64,000 nucleotides of DNA, taken from sequence record ON568341.1; one strand, written 5' to 3'. The notes under the pieces are model-generated. The model was not told the origin of the DNA. It saw nothing but the letters and a program-made list of their open reading frames with translations, and made no database searches. The translations under genes were made by a program, and so were the position numbers. Below, piece by piece: positions 62,125 to 64,000 of the stretch (position 1 is its first letter; every line of letters starts with the position of its first letter).

Positions 62125-63872
62125 TTATAGATGAATTGAAGAAATTCTTAAAAAGCAAAAACAAAAAAACATGGGTTAAGTTGGTAAACAATAATGAAGT
62201 ATATTTTAAATATGTTCGTGAATTGTTCCCAACTAAACCCATGAATGAAGCATTATATCTTATAATGAACGATATGGTATGTGCACCATCTGCCCCATGT
62301 GGTTCTGAATGTAAATTTATTAATGGTTCATATGATAAGTATTGTTCTAAACCAACAAAACCAAACAAAAATCGTGATAATGGTTTTTGTGTAGTATGTA
62401 ATGAACATTGGAAGAACACCAAACTCAAAACTACTAAACAAAAATGCATTGATACTTATGGAGTCGAATACCATTGGCAAAGAAATGATGTAAAGGACAA
62501 AATAAAAAGTACTAATATGAAACGATATGGTGTTGAACACAATTCACATATCGAACATGTTCTTGAAAAACGAAAGGAAACTTTCATTAAAAGATATGGT
62601 GTTGAATCACCTTTGGCATCTGTTGAAATTCGTGATAAGATAAAAGCAACAAACATTGAAAAATATGGTGTTGAAAATTATGGAAGTACTGATGAATGTA
62701 TAGAAAAACGAAATAAAACAATGATGGATTTGTATGGTGTTAATAATGCACAACATGTAACGAAATTTTTAAATGAATCAAAGGTTACGAAAGCTAAAAT
62801 TAGGTATGATAAAATTTTATCTATTATTAACCCTTCATATAAAGAACTTTTTGAATATGATGACTTAATTGATTCTACTAATGAAAGTAAACTTCCGTAT
62901 TATTGTGAAATACACAAAGGGTTGTTTTATAGTAATTATAAATATGGTATAGTTTGTAGTGTTTGTAATCCACCCGTGTATAGTTCCATACAAAATGAAA
63001 TAAAGAATTTTGTGTCAACATTGACTGAATGTGACATTATTATGAATGATCGAAGTAATGGGTATGAATATGATATATACATCCCTGAACTTCAGATAGC
63101 AATAGAAGTTAATGGTATGTATTGGCACAAAAGTGATATGGTTGATAAGTATTATCATAGGGCAAAAACAATAAATTCAATCGAACGTGGTATTAGATTG
63201 ATACATATATTTGAAGATGAATGGTACAGTAAACAGAAAATTATTAAAAATAGATTAATGAACGTTTTTCAATGTTCTAGTAAGATTTATGCCAGAAAAT
63301 GTATTGTTAAAAAAATCAATACAAATATTTGTTATGATTTCCTAAACACTAATCATATACAAGGATATACTAGAACTGGAATAAACTATGGTTTGTTTTA
63401 TAAACAAGAACTGGTTGCAGTAATGACGTTCAGTAAAAGTCGATATGATAAAAAATTTGAATATGAGCTAATACGATACTGCTCACGTGGAACTGTTGTT
63501 GGTGGTGCTGGTAAATTATTGTCTGCATTTGAGCGTGATTACAAACCATTGTCGTTGATGAGCTACGCAGACTTGAATTGGGGTTCTGGACAGTTATACA
63601 TATCTCTTAACTTTGAAAATTTAGGATATACAGAACCAAAATATTTTTATTATGATCCAAAAACAAAACAGCGTTTTTCTAGACAAAAATTTAGAAAACA
63701 TAAATTGATTGAAATGGGATACAACTCATCTAAAACCGAAGAAGAGATATGCTTGGGTGAAATTGGATTGTATAAAATATACGATTCTGGCAATTGTAAA
63801 TTTGCTAAATATTATTACAACATAAACATTACAGGAGATATTGAAAAATGTCCAAATCGTACAAAAAACTAA
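62121..63872 (+). mobile_element. Second Hef-like putative homing endonuclease (paralogue of 27604-29199)
   Basis: About five YGVE repeats, EYDIYIPELQIAIEVNGMYWH, IYARKC...YELIRYCS...SYAD. Confidence 0.78.
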
Positions 63873-64000
63873 TGGAAACTGCTTCTCGTGCTGAAGCAAT
63901 GAAATTCATTAAATTGAATGAATCTAATATTGAAAAGGCAGAAATTGTCCTTTCAGTTAAAGGTGAAATTGTTGATAAATTACAACGTCAATCAGAGGTT
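63848..64000 (+). CDS. Partial hypothetical protein running off the right edge
   Basis: AGGAGA SD, ATG 63848, MSKSYKKLMETASRAEAMKFIKLNESNI... open to 64000. Confidence 0.6.
   Translation, partial: MSKSYKKLMETASRAEAMKFIKLNESNIEKAEIVLSVKGEIVDKLQRQSEV

Overview
64-kb segment of an AT-rich lytic jumbo myophage. Gene order and content resemble the RaK2/GAP32/PBECO4-like T4-related jumbo phages (assignment from recalled gene content, not a search). No host genes, integrase, tRNA or CRISPR array were seen, and the standard genetic code reads through all core genes. The window holds: (i) a minus-strand baseplate module (partial large wedge, gp6-, gp25-, gp5-, gp27-, gp53- and gp48/54-like, plus a duplicated lysozyme); (ii) late sigma gp55, gp47/gp46 and endonuclease VII; (iii) an ~850-bp non-coding island; (iv) gp26/gp51-like genes and the tape measure; (v) the head module (portal, core, protease, scaffold, major capsid); (vi) a tail fibre and chaperone; (vii) replication/recombination genes (family B polymerase, clamp, RNase H, SSB, UvsX/Y/W, exonuclease, primase, helicase, a minimal DnaE-like protein); (viii) an intein-containing terminase and several free-standing endonucleases. 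Most notable: a promoter- and terminator-bounded ~470-nt highly structured putative ncRNA (17264-17734) followed by a G6 hairpin and an AT-rich repeated tract (possible R-loop origin); a T-TTT-TTC -1 slippery site that would fuse the gp26-like and gp51-like ORFs (lambda G/GT-like); a degenerate terminase-ATPase paralogue just upstream of the terminase; a class 3 (Ala1, WCT) intein; a 212-aa DnaE core retaining three catalytic Asp; and a recurring NYG(A/G)GA(C/T/A)A-16-TATAAT promoter class upstream of middle-type genes. All family calls come from motif recognition by eye. No database searches or folding computations were run.
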